64,000 nt of DNA from Chiloscyllium plagiosum (lineage: Eukaryota), in the NCBI RefSeq assembly GCF_004010195.1, contig NC_057718.1, positions 21,426,735 through 21,490,734 on the forward strand. The letters are read 5' to 3'. Made by a program: the position numbers and the translations under genes. Below, in pieces: positions 40,501 through 55,500 of this stretch. Under the pieces are notes generated by a model. That model searched no databases. It was given only the letters and a program-made list of their open reading frames with translations, and was not told where the DNA came from. Numbering within the stretch: position 1 is the first letter of the stretch; the number at the start of each line of letters is the position of its first letter.

Positions 40501-43500
40501 GCCCCAATGAACCACTCAAACTTCAGACACAATGGAGCCAAGCCAAATTACCCCTCTCTGAAAAAAAACTCAAGGGCAAAGTAGCCTTGTACCAGACCAG
40601 CAATGTGACACCTTCTTCCTTAAAAAAACCCATCAATATCTAAAGATAGCTTCTTTTTCAAAATCCTAAAAAAGAAATTGGTTAGTACTTTAAACACACA
40701 TATACATTAACTAACTATAAACATGCAAACATGTACAACTACATTCGGATTCAGTCTGTGGTTCTACCTCCTCGTGGGAGCACAAGATAGTGCCAATACA
40801 GTCATCGATGTTGTGGAGAAAAAGGTGAGGGACGGCATAGCTGCATCCAACAAAGAGGCAGACATAGCTGGGGCCAATGGCTACTCCTTTGCTCTGGAGG
40901 AAGTGGGAGGATTGGAAGGAGAAGTCAAGGGTGAGGACCAGTTCAGCAAGGCAGATGAGGGAGTCAGTGGAAGGGTACTGGTTGGGACGGTGTGAGAGGA
41001 AGAAATGGAGGGCTTCTATCTCTCATGGATTGAAATTGATTCAGGAAGCCAAATCATGGTTTATAGACCAACTCATAGTCATCAGCCACTTCAGTTGCTA
41101 ACCTTGCAGTCTTAACTCTCTGCTCTTCCACAATAAGCGTACCTTCACCCTTTATCTCTTAAGCTGACTTCCCTTTTTAAGTGTCAGTTTCTGAAGTTCA
41201 AACTCTCTCTCTTTTTCTTTCTTTTCTCTTAAACCCTTTGTTCATTTTCTTCGGATTTTAATTCTAACTCAAAATGTTTCATTTCTGCCACCCTTTCCTT
41301 CCCTTTCGCCTCTAACTCAAGCTGCTTCATTTGCAATTGAATTCTTGCCACCTCTGCAGACCCGGATGGTGTTCCAAGCAAATCTAAATACTGAGCAACT
41401 GCTGAAATCATCTCCTCTTTCCTCCCATTAGGAGGCAGCTTCAACCCTGCAGCTTGGTCTTATTTGCCTTTTGTAAAATCTCCAAGGTCACTTCCTCCAC
41501 CTCCAGAAACTACTCGGTCACTGAAAGAGCCATTGCTATCCGAGCGCTGTTTAATCCAACCAAATCAACACCCAAAGTAAAAGACACTAACACCTACCAC
41601 TTGCTGTTTGAATCCCACAAACGTCCCTTAATCTGTTATGGATGAGGCCAGACCCCTCAAAACTTTTTTTAAGCTGGTGGCTGACTGTAACTTTGCTATT
41701 TGTTTAGCTAGGTGTATAATGGATATTGCTGGAGTAAATTAGCTGGATCGTCTGCCAAGTTTTAAACACACATTTTTTAAAAAAATTATGGTATGAAACA
41801 TAAAGAACAGAAAACAGAATACCTGATAATTTATCCTACCCAAACCCAATTTAATCATGCTGTTCCAAAAATACTTGCAATAGTCTCAATACACACATCC
41901 CTTATCACAAACAGTAAACAATGGCACAGGCAACTTACACTTGGAAATCATCGAGAGAAGGCTTCCTGTTTCCCCTGTGACTCTTACTCAACTCACTGCT
42001 GAACTGAATTGAAATGCACAACAATAGAGCTGGCCACACCACCTTGACTATATCAGTTTTTCAAAAGACCGTTCAAGCTTTTGGCCTGAAGCACTGTCTG
42101 TTAGGGTGAACAATGAGGCCCCAATGAACCATTCAAACTTCAGATACAATGGAGCCAAGCCAAATTAGCCCCTCTCTAAAATAAACTCAAAGGCAAATTA
42201 ACCTTGTACCAGACCAACAATGTGACAATGGATACATGAATAGGAAAGGTTTAGAGGGATACAGACCAAGTGCTGGAAAATGGAACTAGATTAGTTTAGG
42301 ATATCTGGTCAGTTTGGACAAGTTAGACAGAAGGGTCTGTTTCCGTGCTGTACAACTCTATAACTTTATGACTATGTTATTAAGTATTCAAATATTAAAA
42401 AGGGATTCACTGGAGTTGAAAAAAAAACTAAATAATAAGAGAATCCAGAACAGGGGAGAATAATTATGTGATATTATAAACTTCAGAACTTTAATAACTG
42501 TTCATTGATTGAAAGAATCCAAAGATAACTGTTACACACAGACAGAAGAATAACAACTGTCTTGAATATACTTTTAAAGACAAGGGCAAACGTATACAGG
42601 AATTGAAAGCATTTAGCCATGTTTGGGAGGAGTTGAAGCTACATGAACAAAACTGTTGACATTTGCTTGATGACATCTTTTTATGCCAAAAGGATAACTG
42701 ATTGCCCAGCAAAATAACTTAAAGCGTTCAAACAAACAGTTAGCCAAATTTATCAAGGAACAAAAGGGCTGGCATGGTGGCTCAGTGCTTAGCACTGCTG
42801 CCTTACATCACCAGCAACCCAGGTTTGATTGCAGCCTTGGATGACTTGTCTGTGTGGGTTTCCTCCCACTGTCCAAAAATGTGCAAGCTAGATGGATTAG
42901 CCATGATAAATGTTGGGTTACAGGGATAGATTAAGGGGCTGGGTTTGAGTGGAATGCTGTTTGGAGGGTTGATGTTGACTGATGGGCCAAATGGCCTGCT
43001 TCCCCACTGTAAGGATTCTATATTTCTGATAAAATGGCAACTGCAAACTTAAAATATTGTGGATCAAAGAATCTAAAAAAAAGAGTAATCAATAATATCA
43101 CATTACATACTTAAAAGGACAATAACTTGTACAAGAATTCAATGCCTGAATAATTCAGTCGCAGAACTTCAAAGAACAGCACTGCACAAGAATCGAACCC
43201 TGTACACTTCCAGAGACAGGCAGTTGGTGGAATCATTGCTAAATTCCACCACTAAATCAGACAAAGCCAAGTTCACTTGTGATGCTTAACTTGCTTACTC
43301 AAGGGGTCTTATTTTGGTTGCTACATGTTTAAATAATTGGTTCAGTATTTGATTGTCTGAGAGTTTTTAAGAAGTAGCAAGTAGCCAAATTAAAAGGAGG
43401 TTTGTGGAGATTTACCCACAACAATTACAAATAAATCAAGCCAGCCAGACGTAAAATCAGAAAATAATACAGATAATTAAAATCTGGAACTATGCTTCCA

Positions 43501-46500
43501 CACCTTTTGGAAGAAGGAGTCAATTTAAAATTGAAGACTACACTCAATAGCTCTTTGATAAGGGAAAATATCAAGGTTTATGGCGTGTAAATGGATTTGA
43601 AGCCACCAAGAAAGATCAACCATGATTTCATGGATAATATAAAGCAAATAGCTGAATAGCCTTCTGACATATCAACTCTCGAAAAGCAAAATTATATTTT
43701 CCCACATCTGTTTCCACCCTCTTGCAGACCCAGACTGCTACAGAAGAGCAGTGCCAAGGATCTACCAACAAGTTTACCTTCTTTCAATCATAGTTGGAAA
43801 ACAGTGCTAGAGCACCCAAATGAATGGAATAACAGAAATGTAAACTAAATAGAGGCAAGAGATTAAATTATTATGATAGAATATTCACAAATGTTACAGC
43901 AAATGCAAACTTTAAAGTGAAAATAACGATGAGTTTATATCATTCAGAAGTATGGAGCAGTTACAATGTCAATATAGTGTTCTCTTTCACCTTTGGATCT
44001 CTTTAATGCTTTGATGAACTTGGACTTCACCAGTTTCTTCAATAACGATGAGTTTATATCATTCAGAAGTATGGAGCAGTTACAATGTCAATATAGTGTT
44101 CTCTTTCACCTTTGGATCTCTTTAATGCTTTTTATTTTCAGACAATATAAGTTTCTAACCTGATCTGTTGCTGCTGAGCCACAGAACTTTTCATAGTCAA
44201 TCAGATCTTTCACTGTTGGATTGTCACCACACACTGCACATGTTGGCTGCTTGGAGCGAAGCTTAATTGTGCGAAATCGAGCTTCCAGTGCATCAAATAT
44301 TAACATCTGTTGGCTGTAAGATGCTGAACAGGTTATCGTTAAGGACCAAGCTAGGAAAGCATACTTCCGTCACAGGAAACAGGTTAATTTATTCCCAGTG
44401 TAAGATTTCAGCTTTGCATACAGCTGGGAGCTGATAAAATGCATCCCCACAGACAGTTTAAAAAAAGAAAACTGCTCAATTTCATACAGAGTAACCGATG
44501 GAAGGTCACTTTTCACCTGTTAGGGAATCACTTGGCTTTGCCTTGATCATCAAATCGCATGTGAATAGGGATTATGTAAAGCATTGAATTAGCAGATTTT
44601 ATTTTGCTGTAGAATAGACATTCAGCCCACAATTGCTGTACAACATTATGGTCAGGGAATGGTTCATGTCCACCAGAAAGTAGAGGAGAAAAATAAAATA
44701 TAAACTACCTGAATTTAGCTGAAACAATAAAGTAAAAAAAGGGAACCATCACTTGATATTACTATTATTACTGGTACATATCTAAGGAAAGGGTCATCCT
44801 GTGACTTCAACAAATATCTGCAATGATTTCACCAAACATCACAAGTACTAATAGTAACACTGAATAAATGTTAAAGCATACTTTGAATCATTTCATCTCC
44901 CATAATCCAATCCTTTTATCATTTCAAATAATCTGTCAGTCCCAATTAAGTCTTCATACACGAACAGTGTTCAACTGGGTGAGACAGCAGAGGAACAGTA
45001 TCTATGCCAATGAGACTGTTGGCAGTATCATTGCCAATCTGATCAATTACCATCAGATTGAGGGAGGCTGGAGAAAAGTTGCTACTGGTCAAAGTATTTT
45101 ACTTTCCTGTCATTTTAAGCGTCCCACATTCAAGGTGGAAACAACATACAATGAAATTGGGAACAAAATTATACAAGTCCAACATGCAAGATTGTTAATC
45201 TCAAACCCAATTTGTTTTACTGTTTGCAGATGCTGCCAACAGTATTTTTAAGCATTTTCTGGTTTTAAAAAAAAGATTTCTAGCATCTACAGCATATAGT
45301 TCTTGGCAAAAATATAACATGCTGTCTTGCAGCACCAGGGACCTGGGCTCGATTCCAGCCTCGGGTGACGATCTGTGTGAAGTTTGCACGTTCTTTTCGT
45401 GTCTGCGTGGGTTTCGTCTGGGTGCTCTGGTTTCCTCCCACTATCCAAAGATGTGCAGATTAGGTAAATTGGTCACGCTAAATTGCCAATTGTGTTCAGG
45501 GATGTGGAGGTTAGAGATAAAACATAGAGTAGGAGGATAGGGGAATGGGTCTGGGTGGGTTACTCTTCGGAGGGTCGGTGTGGACCTTTTGAGGCGAAGG
45601 GTCTGTTTCCACACTGTAGGGATTCTTTACAGATCATTAATTTGTGATTTTTTTTTGTTTTACAAATTAAGCCAGCAATTTAGGAAAAAAAGATGGAGAA
45701 AATCAGGAAATTGGAAGTTGGGTGTGGAATGAAAAATGTTAATGCCTCACTTTGTTTTCAAATATTGTACAATGGTTTTATGGTGAGAAGTTTCTTGGGT
45801 GGTACAACCAATAATTGCCTATTGCCACAAGGGGGCAGTATCGTACTGCATCACCCTTTCGTTATTACTGACCTTGGTTGTATAACTCAGATCGTTAGCT
45901 TTTCAGAATTTACTGCTACCACTTGCAATCTGTGAACATTATAAAAACGTTTTCTTTCAGCAACTGCACTTTTATCAATGGGTACCTCAATGCACTAGTG
46001 CATTTCACAGGGACATTTTATTACCTTACAGTGGTAAGGAATTAAAAAGATACATCCTATCCCTGACGCAATCTTCAGCACCTCCAGCGCCTGAATACAT
46101 CCCAGAATCCCAGGCACTACAATATGAAAAAAAATTGTTAGGTTGACACTGTTACCTGAATATCTTTTTTTGTTAAGTGAGCATTGTGTTTCAAACATAG
46201 CCAGCAAAATCCTGCAACTACCTTCCTAACATCACATCATTATCTAAATGCAATTACTACAGTCATTTATAAAGGCATTGCCACATTTTCAACAATAATT
46301 AGGGATGGACAATAAATGCAGGCCTGCCAGCGATACCTGCATCCTAGGAATGAATAATTTTAAAAATGGATTTGGCTTACCTGGTTTGAATGTAAATAAA
46401 AGCTTCAAAGTTAACTGTCCTAATTAGTGCAAGGTGAAAAGCTTCAACAGTACATCTTTTTTCTCAACAATACACTAACAGTGTTAAGCATATTGCTTAA

Positions 46501-49500
46501 TATGCCTAAATTGCTTAATTCCAAAGCAATTCCTTGTTTAATTCATTCTAAATATAATAAAGTTTGTGCTTTTGTTTGAAAACATGAAATCTTGAGGCAT
46601 AATTCCACTGGTCCTTCAGGTTTCTCTTTGCTAATGGCCCCTAACAGGGTCACAACAGTTTGGCTTCAGAGACAGAGGTGACAAGAGATAGAAATAACAC
46701 TACCTTAAGTACAAGAAAAAGGTACTTTTTGGGCAATTCATGAAAAATCACAGAACTGTTCAATAAATTCATAATGGAAATCTGCTTAAAACATGTGAAA
46801 TATATCATGTGAGTGACAAGAGCATAAGGCTCTTCACAACACCACTGGCCCACTCCCCAGTCTGTCACTAAACAGTATGTCTATGCACTGTATCATGATC
46901 CTCCTGGCAATAACCAGATCTGGCAAGTATAAAAAAAAAGTGGTGCAATGGATGTGCCACTTTCTCAGAATCAGGAGGAGATCTGGATTCAAAGGGTTTG
47001 TAATACTGCCTCTGAACAGGTTGATTAGAAAATATCTAAAATAGAATAAATCATAAAGCAAGGTTGAGCAAATATAATAGCCTCAAGGCATGATGGTATA
47101 AAATCAGACACCAACTCAATAATTTGCCACCTCTCAAGTTAGGAAACAGCTCACAAAGCTATTAATGCTCCAACTGCAAACTGCCCTCTGAAATAACCAA
47201 GCAAGCCATTCAGTTGTATCAATCACTACAAAGGCTCAGAGAAATGACACCAGATGGATCATCTAACATCGACCTAGGCAATGGAAAAGACAATGGTACA
47301 AACAGCCCTGCATTCGTGGCAAAATCCTCCACACTAACAGTTGGGGACTAATGCCAAAACTGGGACAGCTGCCTCACAGGCAAGTGAAGCAACAGCCTGA
47401 CGTGTCCATGAGATATGAATCTGTGAGTATGACTATGTCCCAGACACTACCATTACCCTCTCTAGATACATCCTGTCCCACCAGCAGGGCAGATCCAGCA
47501 GAGGTGGTGGCACAGTGGCATACAGTCAGGAGGGAGTTGCCCTGGGACTTCTCAACATTGATTCTGAACCCCATGAAGTTTCATGGCTTCAGGTTAAACA
47601 TGGACAAGGAAATGTTCTATTGGTTACTATGTACTGTCCTCCCTCAGCTGATGAATCAATATTCCATGCTGAACAACACTTGAAGTAAGCAGAGGATGAC
47701 AAGGGCACAAAAATGTACTTTGGCTGGGGGATTTCAATGCCCACTATGAAAAGTGGCTCGGCAACAATGATCGAACTGGTTGGATCCTAAGGGACTTAGT
47801 TGCTGGACTGGGTCTACAGTAGGTGGTGAAAGCATCAACAAGAGGGAAAATCATATTTGACTGCATCCTTACAAATCTGCTGGCTCCATGATAGTATCGG
47901 CAAGAGTGACCACTGCACACCAACAAAGCCCCACCTTCACACTGAGAATAACCTCCATCGTATTGTGTGGCATTATCATCGTGTTAAATGAGACAGGCCT
48001 TGAGTAGATCTAGCAATTCAAGACTGGGCATCCATGAGGTAATGTGGGCCATCAACAGCAGCAGAATTGTACTCCAGCACAATCTGCAACTCCATTGTCT
48101 GGCATATCCCCCACTCAACAGTCAGAGGATCAAACTTACTTCAATGAAGAGTACATGAGGGCATGGCAGGGGCAGGAGCAACACCAGCACCAGGCATACC
48201 CAAAAATGAGATGTCAACTTAGTGAATCTATCAAACAGGACCATTGCATGCCAACATCAGCAGCAAGTGATAGACAGACCCCTAAGTGATCCCTCAACCA
48301 ACGGATCAGATCTAAGCTCTGCAGTCCTATCACATCCAGTCAAGAATGATGTTAAAAATCACACAACACACATCACCCAGTCCAACACTGGCATCTCCAA
48401 ATCATGACTACAGTCAAGAATGATGGTAGACAATTGAACAACTCACTGGAGAAGACAGCTCCACAAATATCCCCATCCTCAATCAATCAGTGCAAAAGAT
48501 CACAGCAATCTTCAGCCAGGTGTACTGAATGGATGATCCATCTCTACCTTCTTCATTGGTCTCCAGCATTACAGATACCAGTCTGCAGTGAATGCGATTC
48601 ACTCCATGTGCTATCAAGAAACAGTTGGATACTGCAAAGACTATGGGCCCTGACAACATCCTGGCAATAATACTGAAGATTTATGCTCCAGAACTTGCCG
48701 CACCCCTAGCCAGACTGTTCCAGTACAGTTATGGCATCTATGCAACATTGTGGAAAATTGCTCAGGTATGTCCTGTACATTAAAAGCAGGACAATTTTAA
48801 CCCCGTCAATAACCGACCCATCACTCTACTCTCGATCATTGGTAAAGTGATGAAAGGTGTCATCAACAGTGCTATCAAGCAGCAATTGTTGAACAATAAC
48901 CTGCTCAGTGACACCCAGTTTGAGTTCCACCAGGGCCACTCAGTTCTTGATCTCATTACAGCCTTGGTTCAAACATGAACAAAAGAGCTGAATTCCAGAG
49001 GTGTGCTGAGAGTTGACAGCCCTTGACTGCTTTTGACAGAGGGTGGCATCAAGAAGCCCCTGCAAAACTAGTCTCTCCCCTGATTCGAGTCATACCTGAT
49101 ACAAAGGCAGGAAGATGGTCACAGTGGTTGGAAGTCAGTCATCTCAGCTCCAGGATATCTCTGCAGGAATTCTTCAGGGAAGTGTCCGAAGCCCACTCAT
49201 CTTCAGCTGCTTCAATGACTTTCCCTCCATCATAAGGGGATGTTCGCTGATGATTGCACAATGGTCAGCACCATTTTCAACTCCTCCTTCATGATATTGA
49301 AGCAGTCCATGTTCAAAATGCAACAAGACCTAGTCAATATCCTTGCTTGTATTGACAAAGAGCAAGTAACATTCATACCACACAAATGGCAGACAACAAC
49401 CATCACTAATAAGAGACAATCCAAATACTGCAACTTGACATTCAATGGTGTTATCATCATTGAATCCCCCACAATCAACATTCTAGGGGTTACCATTGAC

Positions 49501-52500
49501 CAGAAACCCATTTGGACTCGCTGCATTGTCACAGTGGCTCGAAAAACTGTTCAGCGACGAGGAATACTGCTGTAAGTAATTCACTTCCTACCTGCCCAAA
49601 GCCTCTCCACCATCTGTTCAGGCATAAGTCAGGATTGAGATGGAATACTCCCCACTTGCCTGGATGGGTGCAGTTCCATTAACATTCAAGAAGCTTGATG
49701 CCATCCAGACCAAAGCAGCACGCTTGATTAGCATCCACAAACATTCACTCCCTCCATCACTGACCCTCAGTAGCAGCAGTGTGTACTGATACAAGAGGCA
49801 CTGCAGAAATTTAATGAAGATCCTCACGTGGCACTTTCCAAACTCACAACCACTTCCATCTAGAAAGACCAGGCAGGAAGCACATGGGCACACCTGCAAG
49901 TTCCCCTCCAAGCCATTCACCGCCCTGACTTGAAAATATATTGCCGTTCCTTGACTGTCACTGGGTTAAAATCCTAAAATTCTCTTCCTTATGGCATTGT
50001 GGGTCAACTCATAACAGGTGGACTGCAGCATTTCAAGAAGGCAGCTTACCCTCACCTTCTCAAGGGCAATGAGAGACAGGTGATAAATGCTGGCCAGCTA
50101 GTATCAGCCACACCCCAGAAAAATGAATAGAAATATAACAGCCTCAAGGCAAGATAGGTACAAAATCAGACACTAAGTTACCACCTCTCAAGTTAGGAAA
50201 CAGCTCACAAAGCACAAGTTGTTCTGTTAAATGTTCCAACTGGAAAACATGCTTTGTAACAATGCCAACAAAGCATTCTTCAAATAATTTTTAAGACAAA
50301 TATTTCTTTTGACCCAATGACGATGCAGAGCACTTGATAATACAACCACGTTTTTTAAAAAACCACACCATAAATCAAAGGAAACAAGTGACTTTATCAC
50401 GTAAATACCAAATCAAAAATGTTTTTTCTCCATTTACAGGTAGTTCTTCTATAACACAATGGTTGTATTCTTGTGCAACTCCACGTTATAGAAAAATCAC
50501 ACTCTGGAAACTGCACTTAAACTGTTGGCACTGTAATCATCAACACACATTTTAAAAGTTCAAGCTGTAGAAATAGTGCCCGCAATTTGTCAATTGTATT
50601 ACAGCGAACTTGTGTTAACAAAACGTGCATTATAGTAGAACGATCTGTATACAGTTTTGGCATCTTGAACACAACTGATTTGAGTGATAACTAATTTTAA
50701 AAGTCACATAATAGTGCAGTTCACAAGATCAAAGATTTATTTCTGAACCCAAGACCAATACTGTTTCTACAATAAATTTCATGTATGCTTAGATCTTAGA
50801 ATAATTATACTTTCATTTCCCTAATCCAAGAACAGCATTTTAAGCGCTTCAATGAAAGCTTTTCTATTACCCATTCAAAGCCAATTTAAAAATTCCCACC
50901 ATAATGGGAGTCCTAATTGATCAGCAGCAAAGAAATGGCAGATCTCAGGAAAAGTTAACCAGAAAGTTTTAGTGGGCAAAAAAAAATCAAAAATAGACTC
51001 CCACTTTACCACCATAAGTTGCAATTTGACATCTTCCACAAAATATTTATGGAATACCACAGACAAAGTGATCAGCCAAACTGATACAAGAATTATATTT
51101 TTAAATTAGGAGGAAAAATACAGGGAATATAAATCATATTAAAATGATTGTGCAAAAGTAAAATAAACTGCAACATATAAGTTTAAAGGGGAAACATTTG
51201 TGACCAGATCAATCTTTGACACATTTTTACAAATCAAGCTGAAGTTTGAGATTTTATTGAAATCTGCTGCTTTAAAATGTTTTTCTGATAACAAAGGACT
51301 CCCCATTCTGCCATTAACCGACCCTTTACATGGGCAATTACCTTTCACTTAAGAGTGTCATCCTGTCACCGCTAGCAATCAAGTGGGGAGTGGGCCTGTC
51401 ACCACACATGGAGCATGGCAAACAATCTATATAGATTGCTTGAGGTCTCACATAAGCAGGTCCCTCATTCAAAAAGACATACTTGCTTTATAAATGTTAA
51501 CTCTCCCATCTTAAGATGAGAAGTGGTAAGCATCACTGATAATTTCACATTTGGTACCATTCAAGACTTACAATTCTAAAGCCATCTTTGTCCTTATTTA
51601 GCAAGATCTGGACAACATGCAGGTTCAGGCTGACCAGTGGGAAATAACATCCTACAAAAGTCAGGCAATGACTGACTTCAACAGAGAGAATCTAACCATT
51701 ATCCTTTTACATTCAATGGCCTTACCATTGCTCAATTATCCACTCCCCAAATCCTGTGGATTACCATTGACCATAATCTGAATTGGACTAGCCATAGAAT
51801 TACTGTGACTACAAGGGCAGATCAGAGACTAGGAATTCTGTAGCAAATAATTCACCTCCTGTATCCCAAATGCCGGTCTCTCTACAAGGCACAAGTCAGA
51901 ACTGGGACGGAAGCTTTCCATTTACCTAGATAACGCAACTCCAACAACATTCAAAAAGCTAATAACATCCAGAATAAAGGAGCCCGCTTGATTTGCACCC
52001 CATTCCAACCTTCAATATTCATTCCCTTCACCACTGATGCGGAATGGCAGAAATCTTGTTACATAGAAACTATGCACTGCAGTAACACACCTCGGCTCCT
52101 CCACAGTACCTTCCAAACCCAAAGCTCTACAACCAGGCCAGCAGACACATGGAAACTTTACCACCTGCAAGTTCTCCCCCATGCCTCATACCATATTAAC
52201 CATCTTGTAATTCCTAGACTGTCACGAGAAATCTCCCTTCCTATCAATCCAAAAACCACAGCAATTCAAGAGGCAGCTTACTATCAACTTCTCTCAACCA
52301 ACTAGCAATAGGCAGTAAATGCTGAGTTAGTAATGCCCACATTCCATGAACAAATAATTTAAAAATACAATGCCTTATTGAGGGACCATACATCAATGTT
52401 GATGCCATGGAAAGCCATCCTCTGCCCTTGCTGCAAAGATCCACTCCTCTGCAACCTCTACCAACACCACCTACTTCTGCCCTGGGCCGCTCCACGATTC

Positions 52501-55500
52501 TCGGCCTATCGGGGGCATATTTCTCTCAGCAGTCGCTGCCTCCCTGCTCTTTGGATCATATTCCCATGAAAGGCCTGGCAATTGTTCGTCAGTTGTCCGA
52601 TTGGCAAATAATTGGAGCTTTCCCCAAAAGAAGAAACATGAATCTCTTACCAACTCTACAGTAAGCACTAAAGACTGTCAACTATGAAATTCCTCACATG
52701 GTTTACGAAGGAAGCAGATGATGACAAAGCATTGGATGCTGACAAAATAGAAGGTCCAGGTGATGAATGAGATTAAATTGACATACAAGATATAGTAGGG
52801 AGGCTGGTAATGCTTCAGGTGGATAAGTCATCCATTTCAGATGGATTGTAGTCCAGGGTGCTTGAATAAACAGGAATGAAAAGTTTTGCATATTCTTCCA
52901 ACAGTCGTAAGATCAAGGCTGATTTGATATTCCTCAACTCCAGTTTGCTACCCTACCCCCATAACCTTCAATTCCCCTGATTAAAAGCCTGTGGTACTCC
53001 ACGAGTTACAGGTTCCAATTCTTAAATTCTTTTATCCACAATTCTCTGGACTGAATATTGTAAAATGTTTTGGTCAAGTCCGAGCTGCATCAAATTTCTG
53101 GAGGGTTTGTTGCCAGGAGGCCTAGTGAGTTCTCTCGCCTTATTTTATCAAGCTCGCCTCATTAATTATCTGCCACACTGCTATGGCATCCTTCATGTCC
53201 AATTTCCACCCATCTTATCACGTCGTTCCTAAAATGACTTATCACTTGGCGAATGTCCAAGAACTCACCAACATCCCTTGCTTCCACACCATTGCTAAAA
53301 CCCTGTGTGTATCTGAAAAAGCAATAACAGATTGGGGCTGCGTACATGCCTTAGACATTGGAAATAGGGGACCCACTTCATAGACAGTGTCCTGGAGGTC
53401 CGGCTGGATGATGTGGTGCTGAATGGAATGGCCTCTTCCCCAGAATGCCACAATGCCAGATCATGCCATGCTGGTCCAAGATTGCAAGCAGGGTTAAAGC
53501 AATCTCAGCCATCTGGAAGAAGCCAGTATAAGTGCCACCATCAACTCCTAGATACCTTAAACTCACTACCTCTAATACTGTACGCACCTCACAAGGTTCA
53601 AGCTCTACTACTTTGTCTATCGCAAACAACATTTTCCATCATGCACTATCAAAATTAACTAGTAACCCTATTCATATGGGGCAGCACAGTGGCTCAGTGG
53701 TTAGCACTACTGCCTCACAGCGCCAGGGACCCAGGTTTGATTCCAGCCTCGGGCGACAGTGTGTGTGGAGTTTGCACATTTTCCCCGTGCCTGCGTGGGC
53801 TTATTCTGGGTGCTCCCGTTTCTTCCCACAGTCCAAAGATGTGCAGGTCAGGTGAATTGGCCATGCTAAATTGCTCATTGTGTTATCTGCACTAGTCAGA
53901 GGGAAATGGGTCTGGGTGGGTTACTCTTCGGAGGGTCGGTGTGGATTTGTTGGGCCGAAGGGCCTGTTTCCACNNNNNNNNNNNNNNNNNNNNNNNNNNN
54001 NNNNNNNNNNNNNNNNNNNNNNNNNNNNNNNNNNNNNNNNNNNNNNNNNNNNNNNNNNNNNNNNNNNNNNNNNNNNNNNNNNNNNNNNNNNNNNNNNNNN
54101 NNNNNNNNNNNNNNNNNNNNNNNNNNNNNNNNNNNNNNNNNNNNNNNNNNNNNNNNNNNNNNNNNNNNNNNNNNNNNNNNNNNNNNNNNNNNNNNNNNNN
54201 NCTATGAAGTCACTCCTCAGCCTTTGATGCTCCAGGGAAAACAGCCCCAGCCTATTCAGCCTCTCCCTATAGTCAAATCCTCCAAACCTGGCAACATCTT
54301 TGAAAATCTTTTCTGAACCCTTTCAAGTTTCACAACATCCTTCCAAAAGGAAGGAGACCAGTATTGCATGCAATATTCCAAAAGTGGCTGAACCAATGTC
54401 CTGTACAACTGCTACATGATCTCCCAACACCTATACTCAATACTCTGACCAATAAAGGAATGCATACCAAAAGCCTTCTTCACTATCCTAACTACCTCTG
54501 ACTACACTTTCAAGGAGCTATGAACCTGCACTCCAAGATCTCTTTGTTCAGCAACACTCCCTAGGACCTTACCATTAAGTGTATAAGTCCTGCTACGTTT
54601 TGTTTTCCCAAAACGCAGCACCTCATATTTATCTGAATTAAACTCTATCTGCCACTCCTCAGCCCACTGTCCCATCTGATCAAGATCCCATTGTAATCTG
54701 AAGTAACCTTCTTCGTTGTCCACAACATCTCCAATTTTGGTGTCATCTGCAAATTTACTAACTATACCTCCATTGTTCACATCCAAATCATTTATATAAA
54801 ACGACAAAAAGTAGTGGACCCACACCGATCCTGGTCAAGAAGGATGGTGTGCTGCCCTTTGTGCAGCTGCTCACCTGTCAGAAGATCCTAATTCCTAATG
54901 CTCCAAGTGGCCAAATGACCATGTCCAAACCACTGGAATGCCATTGGAGGATGCTCTGGATTTGCTATGCTGGAACCCTGATCAAAGGGTCTTCCCCTTG
55001 ACTTGACTAACTGCTGAAAATTATATTAGCGTAATTGTTGATATAAGAATTACAGAGGGTTTGTCACGGAGAGATTTAACAAGTTCACTTGTGTATCTTA
55101 CCAAACTTGCCTTATTAAATTACCTACCACCCCCTCCTAAACATTCACCACTGTTCACGTATCACCTTTTCTGCTAAACTCCTCTGTCTGTCCACTCCAG
55201 CAAATTCTTACAGTCAGAATGAGTCAAGGCCAAAGGGTTCTTGAGGGATGCAAGACCCCTTGACCACAGACAGAACAAACAGACAGTGTGCTTGAGATGA
55301 AGGCAGTATGGGGATGCTGATTTGCAATGAAAACAGATATCACAATGCGTATAACCAAAATTAATTCACAAATTGTGATGCAAAATGAAAAATAGGCCCC
55401 AAAGAGAACACAACATTAAAACAAAATGACAGGAAGCCATGCAACATGAGAAGAGGACTATCCAGATAACTCAAATTTTGCAAAACTTGATTTTATTGAT

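Larger units (their letters stand above)
44324..46053 (-). other. U12-type GT-AG intron (1730 nt)
   Basis: 5' end GTATCTTTT. Branch motif TCCTTAAC (44345-44338) ends 14 nt before the exon, with no polypyrimidine tract. Confidence 0.88.

Noticed and set aside
52360..53650. Possible host exons or an L1/Tx1-like remnant
   Set aside because: No coherent frame, splice signals or firm motif. Probably a decayed TE, but I cannot assign it.
53679..53750. tRNA gene
   Set aside because: The A/B-box head continues into a SINE body and LINE-like tail and recurs at least five times. No complete cloverleaf is supported.
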